Shown here piece by piece: positions 48,058 to 57,615 of a stretch of DNA of 64,000 bases. The notes under the pieces are model-generated. The model did not search any database. It was not told the origin of the DNA and was given only the letters and a program-made list of their open reading frames with translations. Position numbers and translations under genes: made by a program. This stretch comes from Candidatus Avispirillum sp. (GTDB lineage: Bacteria; Bacillota; Clostridia; Oscillospirales; CAG-272), in NCBI GenBank assembly GCA_045597805.1, contig JAZLKW010000077.1:3792-67791 (forward strand). The letters run 5' to 3'. Each line of letters starts with the position of its first letter. Position 1 is the first letter of the stretch.

Positions 48058-48930
48058 ATGAAAGGCATTATTTTAGCCGGCGGTAAAGGCACCCGCCTCT
48101 ACCCCATGACAAAAACCGTATCAAAGCAGCTTCTCCCAATATACGACAAGCCGCTGATATACTATCCTCTTTCCATGCTGCTTTTAGCATCCATAAAGGA
48201 AATTCTCATCATTTCCACACCGGAGGATACACCTGTCTACGAAAAGCTTATCGGCGACGGCTCGCGGCTGGGCGTGTCCATATCTTATAAGGTGCAGGAT
48301 ACTCCCCGCGGACTTGCGGATGCGTTCATTTTGGGCGAGGAATTCATCGGCGACGACAGCGTGTGCCTCATTCTCGGAGACAACGTATTCTACGGCCAGA
48401 ACATGACCGCTATACTCAACGATGCCAAGAAAAATCTGCGCGGTGCCACCATATTCGGCTACCCGGTTAAGGACCCCAAGTCCTTCGGCGTTGTGGAGTT
48501 CGACGAGAACTACAACGTGGTGTCCATAGAGGAAAAGCCTGCGGTGCCCAAGTCGAATTTTGCAGTTCCCGGTCTGTACTTCTACGACAACCGCGTAGTT
48601 GAGATAGCGAAGAACGTAAAGCCCTCCGCACGCGGCGAGATAGAGATCACCTCCGTCAACAACGCGTACCTGGAAATGGGTGAGCTGAAGGTCAAGCTCA
48701 TGGGCCGCGGCATCGCGTGGCTCGACACGGGAACGCCTCAGGGTATGCTGAAGGCGTCACAGTTCGTTGAAGCGGTACAGTCCCGCCAGGGCTTCTATAT
48801 GTCCTGCATAGAGGAGATCGCGTGGAGACGCGGTTTCATCAGCCGTGAGCAGCTCCTTTCTCTGGGAGAAGAGCTGAAAATGACCGAGTACGGTCAGTAC
48901 CTTATTTCCATCGCCAAGGAGGAATACTGA
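48058..48930 (+). CDS. rfbA: Glucose-1-phosphate thymidylyltransferase
   Basis: [18 protein letters not shown]...[18 protein letters not shown]... Confidence 0.96.
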   Translation: MKGIILAGGKGTRLYPMTKTVSKQLLPIYDKPLIYYPLSMLLLASIKEILIISTPEDTPVYEKLIGDGSRLGVSISYKVQDTPRGLADAFILGEEFIGDDSVCLILGDNVFYGQNMTAILNDAKKNLRGATIFGYPVKDPKSFGVVEFDENYNVVSIEEKPAVPKSNFAVPGLYFYDNRVVEIAKNVKPSARGEIEITSVNNAYLEMGELKVKLMGRGIAWLDTGTPQGMLKASQFVEAVQSRQGFYMSCIEEIAWRRGFISREQLLSLGEELKMTEYGQYLISIAKEEY

Positions 48931-48931
48931 T

Positions 48932-49948
48932 ATGACGGTATTAGTGACCGGCGGTGCCGGCTTTATTGGATCCAATTTCATATACCATATGCTGGCAAAG
49001 TATCCGGATTACAGGATAATCTGCGTTGACTGTCTCACCTACGCCGGCAACCTCTCCACCCTTGAGGGTGCGATGAAGAACGGTAATTTCAAATTCTATA
49101 AGACGAATATCTGCGACCGTGAGGAGATTTACGGCATATTCGAAACGGAAAAGCCCGACATCGTTGTAAACTTTGCTGCGGAGTCCCACGTGGACCGCTC
49201 CATAGACAATCCCGAGGTATTTCTGCAGACGAACATCCTCGGCACTCAGGTCATGATGGACGCATGCCGCAAATACGGTATCACCCGCTATCACCAGGTC
49301 TCTACTGACGAGGTCTACGGTGACCTGCCCCTTGACCGCCCCGACCTGTTCTTCACAGAAACGACACCTATACATACATCAAGCCCTTACAGCGCTTCGA
49401 AGGCTTCCGCGGACCTCCTCGTTCTCGCATATCACAGAACGTTCGGCCTGCCCGTTTCCATCAGCCGCTGTTCCAACAACTACGGTCCCTATCACTTCCC
49501 GGAAAAACTGATACCCCTGATGATATCCAACGCGCTGAACGACAAGCCCCTCCCCGTTTACGGCAAGGGCGAGAACGTGCGCGACTGGCTCTATGTGGAG
49601 GACCATTGCAAGGCTATCGACCTTATAATCCACAAGGGACGCGTCGGTGAGGTCTATAACGTAGGCGGCCACAACGAGATGAAAAACATCGACATCGTAA
49701 AGCTTATCTGCAAAAAGCTTGGCAAGCCCGAAAGCCTCATCACCTTCGTTGCTGATCGCAAGGGTCACGATATGCGCTACGCCATCGACCCCACGAAGAT
49801 ACATACGGAGCTGGGCTGGCTCCCCGAAACAAAATTTGCCGACGGCATCGACAAGACCATCTCATGGTACCTTGACAACAAGGAATGGTGGGAGACCATC
49901 ATCAGCGGCGAGTACAAGAACTACTACAAAAAGATGTATAACCTCTAA
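48932..49948 (+). CDS. rfbB: dTDP-glucose 4,6-dehydratase
   Basis: VTGGAGFIGSNF, SPYSASKASADLLV, DGIDKTISWY. Confidence 0.96.
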   Translation: MTVLVTGGAGFIGSNFIYHMLAKYPDYRIICVDCLTYAGNLSTLEGAMKNGNFKFYKTNICDREEIYGIFETEKPDIVVNFAAESHVDRSIDNPEVFLQTNILGTQVMMDACRKYGITRYHQVSTDEVYGDLPLDRPDLFFTETTPIHTSSPYSASKASADLLVLAYHRTFGLPVSISRCSNNYGPYHFPEKLIPLMISNALNDKPLPVYGKGENVRDWLYVEDHCKAIDLIIHKGRVGEVYNVGGHNEMKNIDIVKLICKKLGKPESLITFVADRKGHDMRYAIDPTKIHTELGWLPETKFADGIDKTISWYLDNKEWWETIISGEYKNYYKKMYNL

Positions 49949-49955
49949 AATAAAG

Positions 49956-50218
49956 AAAAGCCCCCGTCAGGAGCGCTCACATAGGGAGAGAGGCGCCGCT
50001 GATTGTTCGTTTCGGAGCGCCGTCGCCGTACAAAAGTACGGCAGACGTCCGAAACGGGCAAAGGCAAGATAATAATAAAATGACCGGAACTTACGTTTCG
50101 GTCATTTTTTCATCAGATATCCGGGAAATTCCCGTCGCACCTGATGTTTTTATTAATATTCCTTGCCGGTCAGCGGTGAAAATATCCCTATGTGTTCGCT
50201 CCGTCAGGGGGCTTTTTT
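49956..50218 (+). repeat. MITE-like structured intergenic repeat, copy C (best preserved)
   Basis: Terminal inverted repeats AAAAGCCCCCgtcagGAGCGCTCACATAGGGA / TCCCTATGTGTTCGCTCcgtcaGGGGGCTTTT. Long hairpin at 50008-50056 and a terminator-like hairpin at 50080-50110. It fills the gap between the convergent rfbB and ATP-grasp stops. Confidence 0.85.
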
Positions 50219-50222
50219 ATTG

Positions 50223-51329
50223 TCAGAGTTTTTTGATTATATACCCCGTCTTTTCCATGAAACCGTTCATGCGTTTGACGGTACCGCCGTCCTCATAATA
50301 CCACTCAAGGTATTCGTACGGGGGAAGGTCAAAGTGAGATTTCGTGAACTCCGAGCCGGGTGCCATACAGAGGAACTCTGTCTCATAAGGCTTCACTGTA
50401 TATTTCAGCGGCTCGACGGAAAGCTTCCCCGTCATGAGGTCTACCGCCATGGACAGAAGATTGACTCCGGTGGAAAACTCGATGAGACGCCACATATGGC
50501 AGCCGTCAAGTCTGGGTGTGACCTCGATTATCTTCGGGTCGCCCTGACAGTTCACCATGATCTGGAAATAAGCGGGACCGTTCTTGATGTCAAGCTTATC
50601 AAGAGCCCTTGCCACCAGATCGTTTATCTTCGCCATTACGTCGGCACAGTCTGCGAATTTCGTGGGGATAAGATGCCTGTGGATTATGCCGCCCGGGAAC
50701 TCACTCCAGATTATTCTGTCGGAAGGCAGGCAGAACACGACTTTTCCGTTGACGGAAAAGGTATTTACGGAGATCTCGTCGCCCTCAACATATTCCTCGA
50801 GAATTATCTTCTTCTCCCTGGAAAAGCTCATGGAAAGGTCGAACTGTGCTCTGTATTCCTCCATATTACGGACGAGGCACACTCCGCGCTGCCCCTGGGA
50901 ATCCGAGGGCTTCATCATCATGGGAAAACCTACGTGCAAAGGCTCGTCAATATCCGTAACACACTGAAATTTCAGGTTTCCCTCGAAATCTTCTCCGAGA
51001 TGAGCGCGCAGAAGCGGTTTTTTGTTACAAATATTAGCCGTTTCAAAGGGGCAGAACGCCGGCAATCCCAGTTCTTTTGCCACCCGGAATACGGTAGGCA
51101 TGGCAACATCGGAGCCTGCAGAATAGATATAATCCGCGCCGATCCTTTTCGCATAGTCCTTTACGGCGGCGGCATCAACGATATTTATGTTTTCAAATCC
51201 GTCCGCGTATTTCTGTCCAGGGTCGCCCACAGTATAGCTGCAGGCGTATGCTTCCATACCGCGCTTTTTGCATTCTCTGATGAGGTCTGCCTGCGGTTTA
51301 CCCGTGCCGAGAACAAGTATTTTTTCCAT
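50223..51329 (-). CDS. ATP-grasp domain protein (carboxylate-amine ligase type)
   Basis: Pre-ATP-grasp Rossmann-like N-terminus (KILVLGTG..QADLIRECKKRGM), central ATP-grasp (MMKPSDSQGQRGV, ILEEYVEGDEISV). Confidence 0.8.
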   Translation of the reverse strand: MEKILVLGTGKPQADLIRECKKRGMEAYACSYTVGDPGQKYADGFENINIVDAAAVKDYAKRIGADYIYSAGSDVAMPTVFRVAKELGLPAFCPFETANICNKKPLLRAHLGEDFEGNLKFQCVTDIDEPLHVGFPMMMKPSDSQGQRGVCLVRNMEEYRAQFDLSMSFSREKKIILEEYVEGDEISVNTFSVNGKVVFCLPSDRIIWSEFPGGIIHRHLIPTKFADCADVMAKINDLVARALDKLDIKNGPAYFQIMVNCQGDPKIIEVTPRLDGCHMWRLIEFSTGVNLLSMAVDLMTGKLSVEPLKYTVKPYETEFLCMAPGSEFTKSHFDLPPYEYLEWYYEDGGTVKRMNGFMEKTGYIIKKL

Positions 51330-51331
51330 AA

Positions 51332-52288
51332 TTATTCGCTCTTTTCGCCGCTGTTGCCGGCAAAATCCTTTCTGCGCACGTTGTATGCGGGATATTTTTT
51401 TGTTTCAAGCATCAGATTTGTCAGATACTTGCCGATGATGCCCATGGAAAACAGGATCATTCCGCCGAAGAACAGTATCAGAACGATAGACGAGGTCCAG
51501 CCCTGTATAGAGGTCTTGTTCACGAGAAATCTGACAACGTAGTAAATAATAAGTATTATGCTTGCCGTAAAGCTCAGAACGCCTATCTTACCCACCAGCT
51601 TCAGCGGCAGATCGGAATTTGTGAAAATGTTGGCAAAGAACGTTTTCACCAGTTTTGAGAAAGAGTATCCGCTCTTACCGAACTGACGGGCATCATGCTT
51701 CACGGTCACGTTCTCGATACGTTTCGTGGTCTGCAGCAAGAGAGGTCCTACCGTGGGTTTCGCGATCGAGATACGCGCCAGGTTGTCCGCAACGTACCTC
51801 TTCATGATACGAAAGCTTGTCAGCTTCAGATCATTGGTCTTGCCGTATATGATATTACTGCTCAGATTCATGAGCCAGGTGCCGAAGCGTCTTATTATGT
51901 TATGCTTTTTGGACTCATACGCGCCGATGACAACGTCCACGTCGTCATTGCTTTTGATGGCACAGATGAGCTTCGGTATCTCTTCCGGGGGATGCTGCAG
52001 ATCGTCGTCCATGGTGATTACGTAATCACCGGAGACACAGGACATACCGCAGAGCACGGCCTTCTGCTGACCGTGGTTAACGGCAAGCTGTATGCCCTTC
52101 ACCCTCGGGTCTTTGGCGATAAGTTCCCGTATCACGGCGTATGATGAATCCTTTGAGCAATCGTCAACGAGGATAAGCTCAAAGGGTTCGCCGAGTGTAT
52201 TGTCGAAAACGCTAGAAATACGCTCATACACAATCGGGAGCGATTTTTCGGAATTGTAAACAGGAATTACGACAGAATATAATGACAT
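51332..52288 (-). CDS. GT2 polyprenyl-phosphate glycosyltransferase (ArnC/GtrB/CsbB-like, two C-terminal TM helices)
   Basis: Start at MSLYSV (AGGAGA 6 nt upstream). VVIPVYNSEKSL, LILVDDCSKDSS, DDDLQHPPEEIP. C-terminal TMs IGVLSFTASIILIIYYVV and IVLILFFGGMILFSMGIIG. Confidence 0.88.
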   Translation of the reverse strand: MSLYSVVIPVYNSEKSLPIVYERISSVFDNTLGEPFELILVDDCSKDSSYAVIRELIAKDPRVKGIQLAVNHGQQKAVLCGMSCVSGDYVITMDDDLQHPPEEIPKLICAIKSNDDVDVVIGAYESKKHNIIRRFGTWLMNLSSNIIYGKTNDLKLTSFRIMKRYVADNLARISIAKPTVGPLLLQTTKRIENVTVKHDARQFGKSGYSFSKLVKTFFANIFTNSDLPLKLVGKIGVLSFTASIILIIYYVVRFLVNKTSIQGWTSSIVLILFFGGMILFSMGIIGKYLTNLMLETKKYPAYNVRRKDFAGNSGEKSE

Positions 52289-52306
52289 TCCCATTCTCCT
52301 TGATTC

Positions 52307-53779
52307 TTATTGATTAGTGCGGGTTTTAAGCTTCTTTATAAAACCGGAAAGCTTTGCACGGAATATGAACAGTAAGAGTGCGACCGCCAGCAGTACGGCG
52401 TATCTGACAACAGTATGGTCATAAAGGAACATTATCCCGGCACAGACAGCGAACAGAGACATTGTGACGATACCGATGGCTTTCAGGTCATACAGCTCTG
52501 AGAACGGCACGCTCTCTTTTTTGCATGTGATATAGGCAAATATTATATGACCTATACACATGAGTACGTAACCCGCCACAGTGGTATAGCCCGCGGCAAG
52601 GTAGCCGATCTTACGGATAAAAATATAGTTGAGCACGATATTTGAAATGGCGCCTACCACTGATGAAACGAGGATATAATTGCTCTTTTCGAAGAACAGC
52701 TCCAGATTGGAGAACAGCATATATACGAGGATGAGATATACGCTGAACGCCAGAGGCGGGATTATCCATATGCCCTCGCGGTACTCGTCGTCGGCGAACA
52801 CCTTCATGGCCTCGGGAGCTACCAGCACAAGGCACATGACCACGACTGCCGAAAGGAGCACTATTCCGGTGACAGCTCTCCGGATACCCTCATAATTCTT
52901 TCTTTTCAGCTTTTCGTAAAGCCATGGAACAAGAGTGGCATTGAGATTGGTGGTAACAGCCTGCAGGACAAAAGCTGCGGAATGTGCCACGCTGTATATC
53001 GCCGTGCTGGTCTTCCCGCTGAATGCGTCTATCATCAGCTTATCAGACTGATTAAGCAAAATCTGCGACAGGTAGTGCGGCAGAAGCGGTATGTTCAGTT
53101 TTAAGGCGAATTTCCAGTATTTCTTATGAAAGAACGTTCTGCTGCGGCAGAACTGTATCACGTAGAAAACGAGGCCGAAAGCGATCTGCACTCCGACGCC
53201 TGTAACGATACGAAGAACTCCGTTGTCAAAGCCGCGGGTATTGAGCTTTATCAGCACGATGCCCAGCAGCGGCTGCATGGCGGTATAGGTAAGCGTGACC
53301 GCCGTCAGTATCTTATAGCTGTACCTGTATCGCTTTTTCTGGAACCAGATATAATATCCGGATGAAAACAGCACTTGCAGAAGCATGAGGACGACCAGCT
53401 CGACTCCTATGTCGATGACGCCTCCGAGAAGCCCTCGGGCAATATACCACACGCCGCTCCAGAATATGAGCATGGTGGTGATAAGACCCTGCTGAGAGGA
53501 CGCGAAGCGTTCCGAATCCTCGCCGAAGCGAGCCATTCCCACGTTGAAGGAATCGCTGAAAAGGCTCAGAGTTATGATGATCCTTACTATCTGGTACCAC
53601 GAATTATAAACGCCGAACAGACCGTACTCGTCGGTGGTCAGAAGGCGGGTGAAAATCGGCGTCGCGATAACGTCCACCGCATCCTTGAACACACCGCACA
53701 AAACGAAAAAGAACGATGCTTTTACGTGTACGGGGTAAGAATCATATTTTTCCTTTGCTTTAGATAAAATACCTGCCAT
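52307..53779 (-). CDS. MOP-superfamily polysaccharide flippase (Wzx-like)
   Basis: Start at MAGILSK, 1 nt after the upstream stop. About 12-14 TM helices with a typical oligosaccharide-flippase N-terminus (VIATPIFTRLLTTDEYG). Confidence 0.8.
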   Translation of the reverse strand: MAGILSKAKEKYDSYPVHVKASFFFVLCGVFKDAVDVIATPIFTRLLTTDEYGLFGVYNSWYQIVRIIITLSLFSDSFNVGMARFGEDSERFASSQQGLITTMLIFWSGVWYIARGLLGGVIDIGVELVVLMLLQVLFSSGYYIWFQKKRYRYSYKILTAVTLTYTAMQPLLGIVLIKLNTRGFDNGVLRIVTGVGVQIAFGLVFYVIQFCRSRTFFHKKYWKFALKLNIPLLPHYLSQILLNQSDKLMIDAFSGKTSTAIYSVAHSAAFVLQAVTTNLNATLVPWLYEKLKRKNYEGIRRAVTGIVLLSAVVVMCLVLVAPEAMKVFADDEYREGIWIIPPLAFSVYLILVYMLFSNLELFFEKSNYILVSSVVGAISNIVLNYIFIRKIGYLAAGYTTVAGYVLMCIGHIIFAYITCKKESVPFSELYDLKAIGIVTMSLFAVCAGIMFLYDHTVVRYAVLLAVALLLFIFRAKLSGFIKKLKTRTNQ

Positions 53780-53780
53780 T

Positions 53781-54659
53781 TCAACCGTTGAGCTCCGCGG
53801 CAAGGTCGCGGAAGGTCTCTGCTAAATCATATTTTGCGGAAAATCCCAGTTTTTCCAGGGCAAGCTGAACGCAGAGCGCGTCATCGCTTCCCTTCATGTC
53901 CTTGTCCATATTATGCACGAGATTTCCCTCGTTCCCGAAAACGGTGTTGACGCACTCCGCCATTTCGAGATTCGATACGGCGTTTGCCATTCCGATATTG
54001 AAAACGCCGGATACACGGTCATTTTCAGCCGCGCTGAGAATAGCTCCGCACACGTCTTTTACGTAAACGTAATGTCTTCTCTGCTCTCCCGTGCCGTATA
54101 TCTCCTGCGTTTTCTTCGCCGCGGCGTTATCGATAAGCGTATTGATGAGAAATCCTTTTCTCTCACCCCTGCCTATGACCTGCGCGAAGCGAAGCGCCTT
54201 GAATGATACGCCCTGTTTTTCGGCAAGGTATGCTCCAAGCTGTTCGCAGGCAAGCTTTGAAGCGCCGTAAAGGCTCGAGGGGACACACACGTCCGTTTCC
54301 CTCCACGGATAGCCGTCGCCGGAATAGACCGCCTTTGATGAAGCGAAAACGATATTCTTTATTCCCGAGCTCACGGCGATTCTGAAATAATGATCAAAGA
54401 TACGCACGTTGAAGAAATAGTCGTCCATGTTAAAGCCGTCGTATGGTCTCTTTGCAGCAAGTAAGACCATGCAGTCGGCACGCCCGGCACATTCCGCGGG
54501 TACCTCATCGTTTTCTATACGGTAGTATTCGTAATTCTCACGTTCATAGGGTGCGTTCTCCGCCACGTCGCAGGCAAGCACCTTATGTCCCTCGGCGAGT
54601 GCTTTTTCAGTCAGTTCTTTTCCTATAAAGCCCGCCGCGCCGATAATCAGTATATTCAT
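53781..54659 (-). CDS. NAD-dependent epimerase/dehydratase (SDR) family protein
   Basis: Start at MNILIIGAAGFIGKEL (the alternative is GTG 54677). YGASKLACE catalytic YxxxK. Confidence 0.85.
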   Translation of the reverse strand: MNILIIGAAGFIGKELTEKALAEGHKVLACDVAENAPYERENYEYYRIENDEVPAECAGRADCMVLLAAKRPYDGFNMDDYFFNVRIFDHYFRIAVSSGIKNIVFASSKAVYSGDGYPWRETDVCVPSSLYGASKLACEQLGAYLAEKQGVSFKALRFAQVIGRGERKGFLINTLIDNAAAKKTQEIYGTGEQRRHYVYVKDVCGAILSAAENDRVSGVFNIGMANAVSNLEMAECVNTVFGNEGNLVHNMDKDMKGSDDALCVQLALEKLGFSAKYDLAETFRDLAAELNG

Positions 54660-54673
54660 ATTCCGGCCCGCAC

Positions 54674-56020
54674 TCACATTACTGAATCGATCTTTTTGAT
54701 GATATCCGCAATCTCCTCGTCAGTGGCGCAGTTCTTTTTCAGCTTCTCGCGCACGTATATAACGTCGTCAAGCAGATATCTGAATTTGGAATTGGGGAAA
54801 AGATCTTTTTTGTTTATATAGTTGGCAAGCTTTGAGCCTGCAGCCATTCTCTTTATGAAGTTCTTGATTCTCTCTCCGTTGAAAACAGTCTTTCCGAAGG
54901 GGTTAGGGAGAGGCTCTGCGAGCAGGTACTTGTCGTCCTTATATACCTCCTCGATGGCGTCGCACACCAGCTCGTAGCTGTATTTATTCTCGTCTATGTA
55001 GTAGTACCTTGAAATAAGGCTTTCATCTATGCCAAGTTTCTGGTCTTCTGCGATAAACGCTTCTCTGAAGTCCTCGTAGTTGTCAACGTATTCCGCGCCG
55101 TTGTAGATCTTCATAACGTTCTCATAGGGTATCTCCACGGGACGGAGTATGGTACAGCCCTTCCCGGCAGCGTACACCTCGGCGATAGAGGTGCTGACCC
55201 AGGAATAAATCTTATCGCAGGCGAGTATCCACTGCTTAACGGACTCTTCGCTGATCACTCTGAATCTGGGCTGCCTTTCGGCAAGCTCGCGAAGTATTGC
55301 ACTGCTTCTCTCCTCGGGATGAGGTCTGTAAACGATTATATCGTCCTCTTTCTCCTCAAGGATCTTTTCAAACCAGGAAACGATCTCCTTCTGGGTCGTC
55401 TTTGCCACGTCCACCATTCTGTTCACGGCGTATGCCTGCTCCGCGTTGGTACTGTTCTTTATAACGTGGGAGTGCATGGTCGTAAGGGTCAGAGAGGAAA
55501 TGAAGAGGTTCACTCTCTTGTCCGCGGGAATGTCGTAGCGTGCAAACAGTGTCTCTCTGGAATCGAAATAATTTCTGAGGTTCCCGCGCAGATAATCAAG
55601 CGTGGTATGACCGCAAAGCTTGACATGGTCCTCGGGGACTCCGTAAAGGTCGGTCATCATTTCGGAGGGGCGTGCTCCCCATGAAATATGAACGGCGTCG
55701 CGGCCCCAATCCTTTATGGAGCAAAGGGTATTGGGATCGTCCTCGGAAAGGTTATTGAACACCTGCTCCCAGCGGAGGTTGACGATCTTTTTAGTAACGT
55801 TCAAGTGAGAGGAGGTATAAAACTTCGCTCTGGGCCTGTAATAAGCGGGAATTGCGATGACCTCGGCTTCAACGGGCTCGGGCGTTTTGAAATAGGTATC
55901 GTACTGCATGCACATACCCACGTTGTAGCCTCTGCGCTCAAGTTCTCTCTTTATAAGGCAGAGGTTCTCCACCTCGCGGTTTTTCGTTTCGTAGGTAAGA
56001 AGGATGTCATATTTTTTCAT
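54674..56020 (-). CDS. Surface-carbohydrate biosynthesis protein, GT-B-like fold (function uncertain)
   Basis: 448-aa first gene of the minus-strand glycan operon. Its two Rossmann-like halves resemble capsule or teichoic-acid transferases. No confident family assignment. Confidence 0.55.
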   Translation of the reverse strand: MKKYDILLTYETKNREVENLCLIKRELERRGYNVGMCMQYDTYFKTPEPVEAEVIAIPAYYRPRAKFYTSSHLNVTKKIVNLRWEQVFNNLSEDDPNTLCSIKDWGRDAVHISWGARPSEMMTDLYGVPEDHVKLCGHTTLDYLRGNLRNYFDSRETLFARYDIPADKRVNLFISSLTLTTMHSHVIKNSTNAEQAYAVNRMVDVAKTTQKEIVSWFEKILEEKEDDIIVYRPHPEERSSAILRELAERQPRFRVISEESVKQWILACDKIYSWVSTSIAEVYAAGKGCTILRPVEIPYENVMKIYNGAEYVDNYEDFREAFIAEDQKLGIDESLISRYYYIDENKYSYELVCDAIEEVYKDDKYLLAEPLPNPFGKTVFNGERIKNFIKRMAAGSKLANYINKKDLFPNSKFRYLLDDVIYVREKLKKNCATDEEIADIIKKIDSVM

Positions 56021-56072
56021 AACAGAAAAATGCCTCCGCAGATATCTTGGAAATATCCATATTTATTAGAAT

Positions 56073-56101
56073 ATTATACCATCAAATCACTTTAAAGTCA
56101 A
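56073..56101 (-). promoter_or_regulatory. Promoter of the minus-strand glycan operon (extended -10)
   Basis: On the minus strand: TTGACT (56096-56101), a 17-nt spacer, then TGgTATAAT (56073-56081). Confidence 0.55.
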
Positions 56102-56282
56102 CCGGAAACATAAAGCTTGCAGGCTAAAAAAGTGAAATTGTCAATGAAACAAAATAAAAGTATCACGAAGAATTACTGTAATTTCAGCGTTTACAGTCAG
56201 GAAAAAAACCCGGGAAGTATGTTATAATACAATCACAGACACAGACCGGTCGTGTTCTGAATTTACAGGACGAAAGAAAATC

Positions 56283-57512
56283 ATGGAAAACAGCAAGCTC
56301 ATCACAGAAGCTGTCCAATATATCCAAAAGGACGTGTCGGACAGCAGCATGACCATCGAAGACGTAGCGAGGCATGCCGGTTTTTCAACGGACTATTTCA
56401 ACAGGATTTTCCTCGCTCACACCGGTTTCAACGTCATGGAATATATCCGTGTGACCCGGCTGAAAAAGGCGGCGAGGCTCCTTTGCGCAAGTGACATGGA
56501 TGTGCTCGGAATCGCGCTGGACTGCGGATATGAATCTCCGGAAGCTTTTCCCCGCGCATTTCAGAAGCAGTACGGCACATCTCCGACGAATTATCGAAAG
56601 CAGCATGAAAAATCAGAACCGTTATACGGAGAATTTTTCAATGATACTGTCGCAGCCCGTATAACGCACGAATTTCCGAAGTTCAGCATCATTGATCCCA
56701 ACGCGGCAATCGACCGGATGCTGGAGGTCGATGCACTGAAATACGGAATGGCGGCGATTTGCGCCAAGAACAACGGCGGTGCGGCAATAACCGACAGCGG
56801 TCCTTGCGGCTCGTTCATCTGGTTTTCGGAGTGGGACGGACGCTTTGAAGGAGATATAATCTCCGGCGACTGGGACAAAACAGTCGAATATCTTAAAACA
56901 TTTGGGGACGATAGGTTTGACCTGACGATCTATACAACGGACGACGAAGCGACTGTAACAAACGTTCTGGCAGCCCGAGGTATGAAAATTCAGAAGATCG
57001 AGCACAACGAGATCCGCGTCTGCACCGCGGAGCCGTCTGTCCCCGAGCCGCCGGAAGGTGTTTTTGTCCGTGAACTCCGTTATGAAGACTGGCCGCTCAT
57101 TGAAGAGCATTACAGGTCCCGCGAAGGTTGGAAATACCAACTCCCTCATCTGAAAGATGAACTCTTTCAGAGGTATGAGCTCGGGAATGAGGAACACAGC
57201 ATATTCTGCTTCGGACTCTTCTCACAAGATCATCTGGTCGGATTCGCGGAGGGACGTCTTCAGAGAGCAAACGGCTTTGTTGCAAATAACAACATCGCAA
57301 TTATGCAGGATCCGGAATTCCGCACGGAGGAAATATACCGTTATGTCTTCGCTTATATAACCTCCGAAGCTCTTGCCCGCAGCGCACTTCCCTACGATGT
57401 AAGTCAAACACCTGCGTCAAAACCGGGGTCACGATGTTGGGCGTTCGATTCTTCCGAGTTCGGATATCGTACCGTGTGCTTTGCATACAGGATAAAATGC
57501 AGCACAGAGTAA
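56283..57512 (+). CDS. AraC/XylS-family regulator with an N-terminal HTH and a large C-terminal (GNAT-like?) domain
   Basis: HTH_18 region IEDVARHAGFSTDYFNRIFLAHTGFNVMEYIRVTRLKKAARLL...GYESPEAFPRAFQKQYGTSPTNYRK. The ~300-aa C-terminal region is of uncertain fold. Confidence 0.8.
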   Translation: MENSKLITEAVQYIQKDVSDSSMTIEDVARHAGFSTDYFNRIFLAHTGFNVMEYIRVTRLKKAARLLCASDMDVLGIALDCGYESPEAFPRAFQKQYGTSPTNYRKQHEKSEPLYGEFFNDTVAARITHEFPKFSIIDPNAAIDRMLEVDALKYGMAAICAKNNGGAAITDSGPCGSFIWFSEWDGRFEGDIISGDWDKTVEYLKTFGDDRFDLTIYTTDDEATVTNVLAARGMKIQKIEHNEIRVCTAEPSVPEPPEGVFVRELRYEDWPLIEEHYRSREGWKYQLPHLKDELFQRYELGNEEHSIFCFGLFSQDHLVGFAEGRLQRANGFVANNNIAIMQDPEFRTEEIYRYVFAYITSEALARSALPYDVSQTPASKPGSRCWAFDSSEFGYRTVCFAYRIKCSTE

Positions 57513-57514
57513 AC

Positions 57515-57546
57515 AAAAAGCCGCTTGCTCACGCAAGTGGCTTTTT
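57515..57546. terminator. Bidirectional terminator after the AraC-family gene
   Basis: aaaaagccgcttgc-tcac-gcaagtggcttttt. Confidence 0.8.
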
Positions 57547-57615
57547 CCTTAGATTGGACTACAAAAAATATTTTCGACAAATCGGTGGATGGCGTTGAAT
57601 TCTTGTAGGATTTGT

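Noticed and set aside
50080-50298. Small ORFs starting MT(E/G)T(C/Y)VSVIF inside all three MITE-like repeats (12608..12817, 27591..27833, 50080..50298).
   Set aside because: The conserved N-terminus is simply the aatgaccgaaac...gtttcggtcat hairpin. The middle of the peptides is unrelated between copies despite equal length, so conservation is at the nucleotide or structure level, not the protein level.
50223-56020. An impression of lower GC content in the minus-strand glycan operon, suggesting horizontal acquisition.
   Set aside because: This is only an eyeball impression and I cannot compute composition reliably here. Surface-polysaccharide loci often differ in GC content, so it is not reported as a finding.
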